Positions 10,971-21,814 of a DNA stretch of 64,000 nt are shown one piece after another. Source of the DNA: Planctomycetota bacterium (GTDB lineage Bacteria; Planctomycetota; JAJSAM01; JAJVHW01); assembly GCA_965248445.1 (NCBI GenBank), contig CBDFJG010000003.1, positions 640,001 to 704,000 on the forward strand, in the 5' to 3' direction. Made by a program: the position numbers and the translations under genes. Under the pieces are notes generated by a model. The model searched no databases. It saw only the letters and a list, made by a program, of their open reading frames with translations, and was not told the DNA's origin. Position 1 is the stretch's first letter, and every line of letters begins with the position of its first letter.

Positions 10971-13837
10971 GTGGCGGCGCTCTCAGTCGCCACCGCGAGG
11001 CCATCTGCGCGGAACGGCTCGCAGCGCGCGCAGAGCGCGTCGCCGTTGTCGGGGGTCGTGACATGGTCGCGATTGCGCCAGCACCGTTCGCATCGCGCGC
11101 GCTCCGTGCGGCGCACCAGCATGCGCAGACCCGTCGTACCCGTGTCCTGGAGAGCGGCCATCTCTTCCTCGTCGTCTGCGTCGACGTGGTGGATGGACGC
11201 GACGCCGAGCACCTCCAGCACGCCCTCGCGCCAGTCCTCGCCCATGAACTGCTCGGCCTCTGCCCAGAGCGCGTGGTCGATCGATTCGTCAGTGGCGAGA
11301 TAACGCACCGCGGCCTCCTGGGCCGAGCCGAGCTGCTTGCTCTTGCGCAGCGGATCGATGAGCCGCTCGATCTCGGTCCGTACGCCGCGCAGCCGGTTCA
11401 TCCACTCGCGGCGCTCCTCGCCGGTGCTTCCGTGATGGGGCCACGTCTCGAGGTGAATGCTCGCTTGTTTGTCGAACCCGGGCAGGTCGAGGGCGTCCCA
11501 CACCTCCTCGCAGGTATGCACGAGGATCGGCGCCCAGAGCTTCGCGAGCACCGTGGCGAGCCGGAAGAACGCGGTCTGCGCCGAGCGGCGGTCAACGCCC
11601 TTGGACGTTCCGCAGTACAGGCGGTCTTTCGCGAGGTCGAGGTAGAAGGCAGAGAGGTCGTGATCCATGAACTCGCGCAGCGTGTGCGCGACCCGGTGGT
11701 ACTCGTAGCCCTCGTACGCCGCTTCGCACTGCGAGACGATCTCGTCGAGTCGCTCCAGTATCCAGCGGTCGGGAGCCCGCAGATTGTGCACCTCGACGTG
11801 ATCCTCCCGCGGCTCGAAGTCGGCCAGTCCTCCGAGGATGAACCGGAACGTGTTCCGGATTTTGCGGTAGACGTCGGCGGCCGGGTCGATCAGGCGCCGC
11901 GACACCGGCACGTCGTCGAAGTAGTTCCCCATGAGATAGAACAGCCGCACGATGTCGGCGCCGATCTCCTTGAAGACCACGTCCGTGGACAGTTCCTTCA
12001 TGCCACCCTTGGACTTGCTGACCTTGTCCCCGCGGTCGTCGACGAAGAACCCGTGCGTGACGCATGTGGTGTACGGCGCGCTCCCCGTGACGGCGATGCT
12101 CGGGAGGAGGGAGGACTGGAACCAGCCGCGGTGCTGGTCGTGGCCCTCCAGGTAACAGTCCGCAGGGAACTTCAGTCCGTGCGCATCTCCGAGCACGGAC
12201 TTCCACGACGAGCCCGACTCGAACCACACGTCGAGGATGTCGGTTTCGCAGCGGAACTCGGTGCCACCGCAATCGCACGTGAGGCCCGCCGGTGCGAGGT
12301 CAGCGGCTGGGCGCTCGAACCACACGTCGGCGCCGTGCTCGGCGACGAGTCCGCGCACGTGACGCACGATCTCGCCCGTGCAGTGCACCTTGTCGCAACT
12401 CTCGCAGTAGAAAGCGATGATCGGTACGCCCCAGGCGCGCTGCCGCGAGATGCACCAGTCCGGACGGTCCCGCAGCATTCCCATGATCCGCTGCTTGCCC
12501 CAGCGCGGGATCCACGTGATGTCGTTCTCGCAGATGTCGAGGGCCCGCTGACGCAGGTCCTGGTGATCGACCGACACGAACCACTGGTCCGTCGCCCGGA
12601 AGATCACCGGCTTCTTGCAACGCCAGCAGTGGGGGTAGGAGTGCTCGAAGTCCGTCTTGGCAGCGAGCCGCCCGTTGGCGCGGAGCAGTTCGAGGATCAG
12701 CGCATTGGCCTTGAAGACGTGCTGACCGACGAGGTCGTCGCGCCCCACGTCCGTCGTGTAGAGGCCCCCGCGGTCGACCGGGCAGACGAGTTCGAGGCCC
12801 TCGCGTCGTCCGGTCTCGAAGTCGTCGTGACCGTGGCCGGGCGCCGTGTGGACGCAGCCCGTTCCGTCGTCCTTGCTGACGTAGTCCGCCAGCACGACGG
12901 GCACGGTCATGTCGAGGAACGGGTGGTGCAGTTGCATCCCGGCCAGGTCGGCGCCCTTCACGACGGTGAGGACCTCGTGATCCACGCCGCCGACGGCTTC
13001 GAGGTACGCCTGCACGAGTTCCAGCGCGACGATCGCCCGCTGCTCCCGGTCCGGCCCGTCGTGCGTCACGATCGCGTAGGCCAGCTCCGGGTGCAGGGCG
13101 ACCGCACGGTTGGCCGGGAGAGTCCACGGGGTCGTTGTCCAGATGACGATGTCGGTCGGCTCGCCGCCCACGCGCGCGAGGTCGCTCTGTGCGACGGCGA
13201 AACGGACGTGGATCGACGGTGACGTCTCCTGTCCGTACTCGAGCTCCGCCTCGGCGAGCGCAGTGCGGCAGTGCACGCACCAGTGGATTGCGCGGAGACC
13301 GCGCGTCACGTACCCGCCCTCGACCAGGCCGGCGAACACGTCGAGGATGCCGGCCTCGTAGCCCGGGTTCATCGTCAGGTATGGACGCTCCCAATCGCCG
13401 AGCACGCCGTAGCGCTTGAAGCTCTTGCGCTGGACGTCCACCCACTCCTCGGCGTACGTCCGGCAGAGCCGCCGGATCTCGGCCTTGGTCTTGTCGCGCG
13501 CTTGCTTACCGAGCTTCTTGACGACGTTGTGCTCGATGGGGAGGCCGTGGCAATCCCATCCCGGCACGTACGGTGCATCCCGACCGCGCATGGTCTGGTA
13601 GCGCACGGCGATCTCCTTGAGCATCTTGTTGCGCGCTTGTCCAGGGTGGATGTCGCCGTTGGCGTACGGCGGTCCGTCGTGAAGGACGTACATCGGTTGC
13701 CCCGCGCGCGCCTCACGGATCCGCGCGTAGAGGTCCAACTCCTCCCAGCGCGCCTGGATCTCCGGCTCGCGACGAACCAGGTTCGCCTTCATGGGGAAGT
13801 CGGTACGGGGCAGGTTGAGGGTCTTCTTCCAGGACAT
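10967..13837 (-). CDS. ileS: Isoleucine--tRNA ligase (type 1, C-terminal Zn finger)
   Basis: TLNLPRTDFPM, LHDGPPYANG, GWDCHGLPIE, WTTTPWT, WCISRQR, DQHRGWFQSS and CERCW...CARC. Signature motifs are variant (HPGQ, KVSKS). Confidence 0.95.
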   Translation of the reverse strand: MSWKKTLNLPRTDFPMKANLVRREPEIQARWEELDLYARIREARAGQPMYVLHDGPPYANGDIHPGQARNKMLKEIAVRYQTMRGRDAPYVPGWDCHGLPIEHNVVKKLGKQARDKTKAEIRRLCRTYAEEWVDVQRKSFKRYGVLGDWERPYLTMNPGYEAGILDVFAGLVEGGYVTRGLRAIHWCVHCRTALAEAELEYGQETSPSIHVRFAVAQSDLARVGGEPTDIVIWTTTPWTLPANRAVALHPELAYAIVTHDGPDREQRAIVALELVQAYLEAVGGVDHEVLTVVKGADLAGMQLHHPFLDMTVPVVLADYVSKDDGTGCVHTAPGHGHDDFETGRREGLELVCPVDRGGLYTTDVGRDDLVGQHVFKANALILELLRANGRLAAKTDFEHSYPHCWRCKKPVIFRATDQWFVSVDHQDLRQRALDICENDITWIPRWGKQRIMGMLRDRPDWCISRQRAWGVPIIAFYCESCDKVHCTGEIVRHVRGLVAEHGADVWFERPAADLAPAGLTCDCGGTEFRCETDILDVWFESGSSWKSVLGDAHGLKFPADCYLEGHDQHRGWFQSSLLPSIAVTGSAPYTTCVTHGFFVDDRGDKVSKSKGGMKELSTDVVFKEIGADIVRLFYLMGNYFDDVPVSRRLIDPAADVYRKIRNTFRFILGGLADFEPREDHVEVHNLRAPDRWILERLDEIVSQCEAAYEGYEYHRVAHTLREFMDHDLSAFYLDLAKDRLYCGTSKGVDRRSAQTAFFRLATVLAKLWAPILVHTCEEVWDALDLPGFDKQASIHLETWPHHGSTGEERREWMNRLRGVRTEIERLIDPLRKSKQLGSAQEAAVRYLATDESIDHALWAEAEQFMGEDWREGVLEVLGVASIHHVDADDEEEMAALQDTGTTGLRMLVRRTERARCERCWRNRDHVTTPDNGDALCARCEPFRADGLAVATESAAT

Positions 13838-13876
13838 CACGCCCTCCCGGGGGAGTGCCTCGGAGGATACGCCGGG

Positions 13877-14188
13877 CTAAGTGTCCAGACCGAGAAGGCG
13901 CCGCGCCGACGGCTCGTCGATGCCCTGCGCGCGGATGGTCTTCTTCCGCGACGAACGACCGGCAACCAGCGCGAGATCGGACTTCCGGAGTCCGAGCCGC
14001 TTCGCCATGAGCCGCAGGAGCGCGTTGTTCGCCTTGCCGCCCTCGGGCGGGGCCGTGACGCGGACGCGGAGGCGTTGCCCGTGGGGACCCACGATCTCAT
14101 CGCGCGAGGCTCCCGGGACGACGAGCAGCTCGAGGCGAACGCCGAACAACTCGGGATGGACACAGGGTCCAGGCGCGCCGGACGTCAC
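13877..14188 (-). CDS. yggU: DUF167/YggU family protein
   Basis: VVPGASR...LRVRVTAPPEGGKAN...GRSSRKK. Confidence 0.88.
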   Translation of the reverse strand: MTSGAPGPCVHPELFGVRLELLVVPGASRDEIVGPHGQRLRVRVTAPPEGGKANNALLRLMAKRLGLRKSDLALVAGRSSRKKTIRAQGIDEPSARRLLGLDT

Positions 14189-14195
14189 CGCCGGC

Positions 14196-16943
14196 CTACT
14201 GCTTGCCCCAGGAGTCGAGGAACTTGTCTATGCGGCTGGCGGAGAACAGCGGCGGGAGCTCCGCGGCGGGCCGTCCCTCGATCACGACGAACGTCTCGGT
14301 GAGGCTGTGGCGGTCGCGCCACGCGTCGATGCGCAGCAGCGCCGTCGCGAACTTGTCCTCCCCGAGATCCACGATGCTCTGATACTCGATCAGCGCGCGG
14401 AGCTCAGCCTGCAACTCGGCGAGTTCCTCGGGCGTGACGCCGGCTCCTCCACCCTGGGCGCGCTTGAGCAACGCGGTCGCCTCGGCGGCCCGGCCGTGCT
14501 CCCCGAAGATCCAGGCCAGCCCGAGCGCCAGCTCCGGCTCGATGCGGTCGATCCGGCCCGCGAGGAAGATGTCGTACACCTGCTTCGCAGTGAGGTCGGC
14601 CCAGGCGTAACGCTTCGCGGTGCTGCCGAGTTGGAGCGCCACGTCCACGCGGAACTCCGACTTGTTCGGCGGCTTCTTCAGGTCCAGCGTGGACTTGGCG
14701 CCCCGCACCGCGACCGGCAGATCGGAGAGCACCTCTCCATCCTTGATGAGCTGGCCGGAGCCGGCGGCGGCGATGAATGCCTCCCAGCTCGCCTGCATCC
14801 CGCGCAACCGCTCCGCGCGCGTGGCGGCGCGGCTCTTGTAGAGCCACGTGCCGAGACCCGCGCTCTCCCGTTCCATGACCTTTGCGGCCCCTTCGAAGTC
14901 GAAGGCCCAGAACGGGTCCGTCAGTTCGTCTCCTTGGGCGCGAACCGTGCGCGCAGCGGTGATGTAGAGCACGCGGTCATGGCCCAACTGTTCGGTGAGG
15001 TCGACCTTGACGGCCTGGCTCTTGTTCTCGATCCAGTCGTTCGCCGACGCCGCCAGTGCCGCGATCTTCGCGCAGGCGCCGGAGTGAGCGTCGAGCGCCT
15101 TCTTGAGTTCGTCCATGGCCTGGACGGCGCCGCGTGGATCGTTGTTGTCGAAGAGCTTCTGAGCCGCAGCGATACGCGTGTCGAAGTCGGCACTGACCGC
15201 CTTGTCGACGGCGTCCTTCAGCCCGTCCAGGTACGTCGTCGCATCCGGCACGTGCTGGCCGTGGGTCTTGAACTCCCGCCCGGCGCGCGTGGCCTGTCCG
15301 GTCGCCAAGGCCTGCGTCCAGTCCTGGTCGGCAACGAACGCATCGATCCGGAGCTTCTCCTTGTCCCACCACACCTTGGCCGCGCCGATGGTCCCGCGGT
15401 ACTCGTCGTTCAGCCGCGTGAGCTCGGCACGGATCTCGTTCGCGCGCTTCGTTGCGTCGCGCTCCGCCTTGGTGCCGTTGTGCGTGGTGGCGAGTCCGTC
15501 GAATCGATCGGCCTTCTCGCGCCAGAGGGCTTCCTTGTCGAGCGAGATCGGCGCGGATGGCGGCCTTCCGCCCAGGCGCGCAAACGCCAGCTCGGCCTTC
15601 GTCTCGAGTTGCTGCTGTTTGAGTTTGGCGAGTTCCGCCGGATCGGCCCCGCTGTGGATGACCTCCGGCTCGGGCTTGATGGTCTTCGTGACGACGTCCT
15701 TCGGCTTCAGCACCTGCCAGATGACGACTCCGATCAGCGACGCGATGAGGATGGCGCCGGCGATCAGGAGCGGCTTGTTGACCTTCTTGAGGCCCGACAG
15801 CTCCATCCGGTGCGCGAGCTCGAACGCCTCCAAGTCTTCGAGGAGTTCCGTCGCGCTGCCGTAGCGATCCGAGACCTGCTTCTCCATCATCTTGTCGACG
15901 ATGGCCGAGAGGTCGGCGGGGAAGTCCTCGACCTCCTCGGTCAGCGGCACGTGCGGCTCACCGATCTGCTTGCGCAGGATCTCCTTCACGCTCTGCCCGG
16001 CGAACGGCGTGCGGCCGGAGACCATTCGGTAGAACGTCGCGCCCAGCGAGTAGATGTCCGCGGAACCGGTGGTCTTCTTGCCGCGCGCTTGCTCCGGGGC
16101 GATGAAGTGCGGGGTGCCGAAGATTTTGCCGTCGCTCTCCTGGTCGCTGCGCTGCGCGAGTCCCAGGTCGCCGAGTTTGACGCGGCCCTCGCTCGTGAGC
16201 ATCAGGTTGTCGGGCTTGATGTCACGGTGCACGATGCCGTGCTTCTCGGCGAACACGAGCCCCTGGCACGCGTCCTTGACCATCGGCATCGCCTCGGTCC
16301 AGGGCAGGCGTAGATCCTCGCGCTGCGCGAGTACGTCCTGCACGGCGCCGCCGTCCATGAGCTCCATGGACAGGAAGTGGAGGCCGCCGGCCTGGCCGAC
16401 GTCGAGCACCTGCACGACGTGTGGATGTTGCAGTTGGCCCGCAGCACGCGCCTCGGCGACGAACTGCTGCACAAACTCGGGGTCCTTCGCGAACTTCGCG
16501 GCCAGCACCTTCAGCGCGCAAATGCGGTTCAGGCTGATTTGCCGCGATTTGTACACGGTGCCCATCCCGCCGCGGCCGATGCGCTCGAGGATCTTGTAGC
16601 CACCGATGTCCTTGCCGGCGAGGCCCTTGGCCTTGCCCTCGTCGGTCTTGTCTTCTTCGAGGAACGAGAAGACCGTCTCGCCGACCTGGATGCGGTCGCC
16701 GAACGAGAGGGCCTGCTCCTGCGTGAGCTCTTCCTCATTCCTGTACGTGCGGTTCCGGGAGCCGAGATCCAGCACGGTCCACACACTGTCCGACTGGCGA
16801 ATCTGGAAGTGCCGGCGGGACGCGGCGGGGTCCGAGATGATGATCTCGTTCGCGGGATCGCGCCCGACGACGACGGGCGTTCCGGGCCGCACGTTGTACG
16901 AGAAGCCCTTCTCCTGTCCGCGTTCGACCACCAGGCTCGGCAA
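14196..16943 (-). CDS. FHA-domain Ser/Thr protein kinase with a TM helix and a large helical C-terminal domain
   Basis: FHA motifs (GRD, SRRH, DLGSRN); kinase motifs GRGGMG, ALK, HRDIKPDN, DLG, APEQ; TM segment PLLIAGAILIASLIGVVIW. TTG start with GAGGG RBS inferred. Confidence 0.9.
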   Translation of the reverse strand: MPSLVVERGQEKGFSYNVRPGTPVVVGRDPANEIIISDPAASRRHFQIRQSDSVWTVLDLGSRNRTYRNEEELTQEQALSFGDRIQVGETVFSFLEEDKTDEGKAKGLAGKDIGGYKILERIGRGGMGTVYKSRQISLNRICALKVLAAKFAKDPEFVQQFVAEARAAGQLQHPHVVQVLDVGQAGGLHFLSMELMDGGAVQDVLAQREDLRLPWTEAMPMVKDACQGLVFAEKHGIVHRDIKPDNLMLTSEGRVKLGDLGLAQRSDQESDGKIFGTPHFIAPEQARGKKTTGSADIYSLGATFYRMVSGRTPFAGQSVKEILRKQIGEPHVPLTEEVEDFPADLSAIVDKMMEKQVSDRYGSATELLEDLEAFELAHRMELSGLKKVNKPLLIAGAILIASLIGVVIWQVLKPKDVVTKTIKPEPEVIHSGADPAELAKLKQQQLETKAELAFARLGGRPPSAPISLDKEALWREKADRFDGLATTHNGTKAERDATKRANEIRAELTRLNDEYRGTIGAAKVWWDKEKLRIDAFVADQDWTQALATGQATRAGREFKTHGQHVPDATTYLDGLKDAVDKAVSADFDTRIAAAQKLFDNNDPRGAVQAMDELKKALDAHSGACAKIAALAASANDWIENKSQAVKVDLTEQLGHDRVLYITAARTVRAQGDELTDPFWAFDFEGAAKVMERESAGLGTWLYKSRAATRAERLRGMQASWEAFIAAAGSGQLIKDGEVLSDLPVAVRGAKSTLDLKKPPNKSEFRVDVALQLGSTAKRYAWADLTAKQVYDIFLAGRIDRIEPELALGLAWIFGEHGRAAEATALLKRAQGGGAGVTPEELAELQAELRALIEYQSIVDLGEDKFATALLRIDAWRDRHSLTETFVVIEGRPAAELPPLFSASRIDKFLDSWGKQ

Positions 16944-16954
16944 CGTGTTTCCCT

Positions 16955-17812
16955 CTAGCTCCCAGATCCCAAGGCCGACGAGTCCAAGGTCGGTGGCCCC
17001 GGCGGGTCCCATCCACCCGGGTGATCAGTCACGAGTATGCGCCCGAGGCGCACGAGGGTCGCCCCTTCCTCGACGGCAACGCCGAAGTCGCTACTCATCC
17101 CCATGCTGAGTTCCCGGCCTTCAAGATATCCGCGATCGTGCGCCGCGTCGCGCAACTCCCTCAGGCGCCGGAAGACCGGGCGGACCGTCTCCGGATCGTC
17201 CGTCGCGGGCGCCATCGTCATGAGGCCCGTGACCCGCAGCCGTGCTAGGTCGCGGGCCCGCTGCAGCATCGCAGGGACGTCCGACGGCGGGAATCCGCCC
17301 TTCGAGTGTTCTCCGCTCACATTCACTTGGACGAGCACGTCCAGCCGTCGAGACCCACCGACCCGCTCGAGCGCCGCATCGAGGCCCGCCAGCAGCGACC
17401 AGCGGTCGCCGGCGTGGAGCACGTCCGTCAGCCGCAGCGCCCGCCCGATCTTCCTGCTCTGGAGGTGGCCGATCAGGTGCCAGCGGGGCCGTTGGGGGTC
17501 CGGATCGAGCGCGGCACGCTTGGCCTCCAGCTCCGCCACGCGGTTCTCACCGAGGTCCTCGAGCCCGAGGCGAGCCAGCTCCCGCGCCGTCTCGCTGCCC
17601 ACGGACTTGGTCACCGCCACGATCCGGACATCTGCCGAATCCCTCTCGACGCGCGAGCAGGCGGCCTCGATCCGGGCCTGCACAGTGGCGAGATTTGCGG
17701 CGAGATTTGCGGCCAGCGGGCTCGCCGGGTGGTCGGCGCCGTCCCTCCGCCCCCCGTCATCGGCCTCTCCCTCGCCGTCGGCGGGGCCAGCCGGGAGGTG
17801 GGGGGGAGACAT
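16955..17812 (-). CDS. yggS: PLP homeostasis protein (YggS/PLPBP)
   Basis: AVTK, GENRV, WHLIGHLQ, LSMGMSSD and EEGATLVRLG. Start position uncertain. Confidence 0.9.
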   Translation of the reverse strand: MSPPHLPAGPADGEGEADDGGRRDGADHPASPLAANLAANLATVQARIEAACSRVERDSADVRIVAVTKSVGSETARELARLGLEDLGENRVAELEAKRAALDPDPQRPRWHLIGHLQSRKIGRALRLTDVLHAGDRWSLLAGLDAALERVGGSRRLDVLVQVNVSGEHSKGGFPPSDVPAMLQRARDLARLRVTGLMTMAPATDDPETVRPVFRRLRELRDAAHDRGYLEGRELSMGMSSDFGVAVEEGATLVRLGRILVTDHPGGWDPPGPPTLDSSALGSGS

Positions 17813-17988
17813 GGAGTCGGAGTGCGTCCGTGGGGCTCGCGGAAGCGGGTCGCGGGCGTCCGCGAACGGTACGCAGCGGGGGCCGCGGCGGCCAGCAATT
17901 CGAGCCCGCTCGCGGTCCGCATCGCCGGGCTCGCGGAAACCTCTGTCACGGGCGTACTTCTGCCGGTTTAGGCAACGTGACAATCCGC

Positions 17989-18018
17989 TTGACTCCCCCG
18001 ACGCGCCATCCCTACGAT
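17989..18018 (+). promoter_or_regulatory. Sigma70-type promoter candidate (TTGACT-18 nt-TACGAT)
   Basis: Near-consensus -35/-10 pair upstream of the lipoprotein gene. Confidence 0.55.
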
Positions 18019-18127
18019 CGCCGCGCCAAAGAGGGCTGCGTGAAGGGCTTGGCAGGTGTTCGTCTCCCTGGTGTTGGGGACGTCGTGCGGCCGTTCTCGT
18101 GAGCCCTTGCGACCAGGGAGGTCATGG

Positions 18128-19267
18128 ATGATGCGGCGTGCCTACGCCTCTGGATTCCTCGTGCTGGCGCTTTCGCTGGCCGCGTGCGGTGCCACGATGC
18201 GGCCGCGCGCACCGGGGAACGAATCGATGCGATCTCAGATCGAGGCTCTCGGTCTCGAGGGTCGCACCTACGTCCACGACCTCGGCCAGGCGTCTTCGAT
18301 CTACGTGCACGCGGTGCACAGGATCGGCGACGACCTCCTGCTCGAGGACATCCACGGACGGGTCACGTATCTCGACGGCGGAACGCTGAACGTCCGCTGG
18401 GAGTACTACGGACTCGACGAACCGTTCTCGAAGCGCCCGACGTACACACCGTCGGCGATCATGGGAATGTCGGACGGGAAACTGCACGTCCTGACTCGTG
18501 ATGCGGGAATTCCCGATCCGCCGCCGCGGCGCGTCGACGTCATCCCGTCGTCCGCGCCCGTCGCGAACGACACGACGTTCTACGTGCCCACGTACCCGAC
18601 TCCTGCGGGCAACCGCACCATGTACTCCGTCAGCCTTGGAAGCGGGTACATCGGCTGGGGCCACCGGACGCGCTCGCCGATCTCGGCGGACATGGCCAAG
18701 GGTGGGCCGATGGGTGGCGACACCATCTACTTCGCGACCACTACGGGAGAGGTCTACGCCTTCCCGATGTACGAGTCGACCCAAGCCGATCCTGAATCGG
18801 CGTGGTACGCGCACGCGCTGTCCGGGGTCACTAAGGACCTGGTGGTGGACGGCGACGACCTCGGCGTCGTGACCGACGACCACCGGCTGATCTGCTACGA
18901 CCGCATCACGGGACAGGTGCGCTGGACGGCGTACCCGGATCCGGGTGAGGCCGCGCACTCGGCCGCGCAGTTCTCTAGCACGCAGGTGTTCTACCTGCGG
19001 GGCGGCGCGCTCCACGCGTTCGACCGCGAGACGGGGACGCCGGCCTGGAGTTGCCCCGGCGGCAAGCGCTTCATCGCTGCCCGGGAAGACTTTGTCCTGA
19101 TCGACGGCGGCAACCACACCGTGATCAAGGTCGATGCCGCCACCGGCGAGCCGATGGCGAACTCGCGCTTCCCCGGTGTGCACTGGCCGACCCAGCCCAT
19201 GAGCGACGGGACGATCCACGCGATCACCCAGCGCGGGCTGATCATCGGCGTGGAGCACGGCTGGTAG
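18128..19267 (+). CDS. Lipoprotein with PQQ-like/BamB-type beta-propeller repeats
   Basis: Lipobox LAAC; repeats such as 'CYDRITGQVRW' and 'AFDRETGTPAW'. Confidence 0.75.
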   Translation: MMRRAYASGFLVLALSLAACGATMRPRAPGNESMRSQIEALGLEGRTYVHDLGQASSIYVHAVHRIGDDLLLEDIHGRVTYLDGGTLNVRWEYYGLDEPFSKRPTYTPSAIMGMSDGKLHVLTRDAGIPDPPPRRVDVIPSSAPVANDTTFYVPTYPTPAGNRTMYSVSLGSGYIGWGHRTRSPISADMAKGGPMGGDTIYFATTTGEVYAFPMYESTQADPESAWYAHALSGVTKDLVVDGDDLGVVTDDHRLICYDRITGQVRWTAYPDPGEAAHSAAQFSSTQVFYLRGGALHAFDRETGTPAWSCPGGKRFIAAREDFVLIDGGNHTVIKVDAATGEPMANSRFPGVHWPTQPMSDGTIHAITQRGLIIGVEHGW

Positions 19268-19289
19268 GCGGCATCTGAACGAGTGAAGA

Positions 19290-19316
19290 GGCCGGCCGCG
19301 CAGCGCGCGGCCGGCC
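19290..19316. terminator. GC-rich hairpin between convergent genes (probable bidirectional terminator)
   Basis: GGCCGGCCGCGC-agc-GCGCGGCCGGCC, a perfect 12-bp stem; weak U-tracts. Confidence 0.6.
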
Positions 19317-19346
19317 GTTCTGATTCGGCCTCAGGCGGATTCCGCG

Positions 19347-20708
19347 TCAGCGTGCGCGCGTGCCGATCGCGATGCGCTCGCGCGTGCTCTCCGTGACGCG
19401 AACGCGCCGCGCAAGAGTGATGCCGGGGAGAACGACCGGCCCGTTCTCGTCCGCGACGACGGGGTAGTGTGCCCGCGCCACGGACGGTACGCCGTTCCGC
19501 GCAAGCAACGACCGGATGCGGCGCGGTGCGTCTCCTCCGAGCGGGACGAAGCGCTCACCGGGTGCGGCGATCCGCACGGTCAGTCCGCCGACGAGGGCGT
19601 CGCCGTCCACGAATTCGGCGTCGCCCGGTGCCCGGTGCAGTTCGCGATCCACGTGAGTGGTGACTACGAGATCCGCCCACGGAACGCGTGCAGATCCCGG
19701 TACCGGGAGTGGAACGGCCTCTGCCGGCGGTCGCCCGTGCCCAGCTGGAACCGCGCGTGCGCCGAATGGTCCGGGGACGATCGTCAGGCCCGGTACATCC
19801 TCCTGTGCGCCCTCACCGGTCATTCGCCGCATGAGCCGCGCGGCTTCGATCCGCGAGAGGGGGTGACCGTCGCGGAATCCTCCCGCCACCTCGCCGAGCG
19901 CTCTCGTGAGCGCGCCGGCCGAGAGCCGCTCGTACCCCGTTCGCAGCTCGACACCTCCGTCGCGAACGTCGACGAAGCGGTGCGCAACAGCGAGGGACTC
20001 CGGCTCGGCGCGCGCGTTGTGTGCGAGCCGGGAGAGGAGCGGGACAGGATCGCGGCCCGAGATCTCGGCCAGGAGCGGAAGCGCCTCGTTGCGGACGCGC
20101 GCGCGGACGTTGCCGTCCACGTTCGTCGGATCGTCGTGCCAGGGCGTGCCGGAACTCTCGAGCTGCGAGCGGAGCCACCGGCGTCGGAGGAGGAGCAGAG
20201 GCCGAACGACGTCGATTCCGGCGGAGACGGGCCGACGGAATGGGATCCCTCGTAGACCGGTCAGGCCCGTGCCTCGGAGGATCCGCAGAATGACCGTTTC
20301 GGCCTGATCGTCCATCGTGTGAGCCGTTGCGACCACGTCGTACGAGTGCTCGCGAGCGACCTCGCCGAGGAACGCGTAGCGCGCCCGCCGGGCCGCTTTC
20401 TCCGGCCCGGTGCCGCCGTGACACTGAATCTCTCGTCGCTCGACGTGCGTGGGCAGATCGAGCGCCGCCCCCAGTCGTGCGACGAGTTCCGCGTCCGCCG
20501 GGCTGTCCGCCCGCAGTCCGTGGTCGAGGTGCGCCAGTCCGACAGACGCGAGACTCAGGTCCTTCCGGGTCGCGGAGGCGAGGCGCGCCAGCGCCACCGA
20601 ATCGGAGCCGCCCGAGCACGCGACCAGAACACGGGCGCCCGGCAGCACGCCGCAGTGGCGGCGCATGCCGATCCGGAAGCCGTCAGCCAGACTTGGGTCG
20701 ATCTTCAC
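19347..20708 (-). CDS. tilS: tRNA(Ile)-lysidine synthetase
   Basis: SGGSDS PP-loop, HLDHGLR, TAHTMDDQAET and RPLL; C-terminal TilS_C-like region. Confidence 0.92.
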   Translation of the reverse strand: MKIDPSLADGFRIGMRRHCGVLPGARVLVACSGGSDSVALARLASATRKDLSLASVGLAHLDHGLRADSPADAELVARLGAALDLPTHVERREIQCHGGTGPEKAARRARYAFLGEVAREHSYDVVATAHTMDDQAETVILRILRGTGLTGLRGIPFRRPVSAGIDVVRPLLLLRRRWLRSQLESSGTPWHDDPTNVDGNVRARVRNEALPLLAEISGRDPVPLLSRLAHNARAEPESLAVAHRFVDVRDGGVELRTGYERLSAGALTRALGEVAGGFRDGHPLSRIEAARLMRRMTGEGAQEDVPGLTIVPGPFGARAVPAGHGRPPAEAVPLPVPGSARVPWADLVVTTHVDRELHRAPGDAEFVDGDALVGGLTVRIAAPGERFVPLGGDAPRRIRSLLARNGVPSVARAHYPVVADENGPVVLPGITLARRVRVTESTRERIAIGTRAR

Positions 20709-20796
20709 GCCGGGATGCTACGCGCTTCCAAACCGTGTGGAGCCCCCGGTGGGAGAGCTAGCATCCGGGTTCGGTCTCGAACCTGAGGAGGATGTC

Positions 20797-21804
<1,008 letters not shown>

Positions 21805-21814
21805 CCCGCACCAG

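Noticed and set aside
16150..16180. Kinase DFG replaced by DLG as a sign of a pseudokinase
   Set aside because: The catalytic Lys, HRD, Asn and Asp are intact; DLG is a common functional variant in bacterial Hanks kinases.
10961..16313. Very long opposite-strand ORFs (10961-13222, 13881-16313 and many similar ones across the window)
   Set aside because: Shadow ORFs antisense to clear genes (ileS, kinase); expected at about 70% GC, with no recognisable motifs.
17687..17713. 12-bp tandem duplication (GGCGAGATTTGC x2) in the yggS 5' region
   Set aside because: In-frame slippage duplication (LAAN repeat) in a variable N-terminus; no sign of function.
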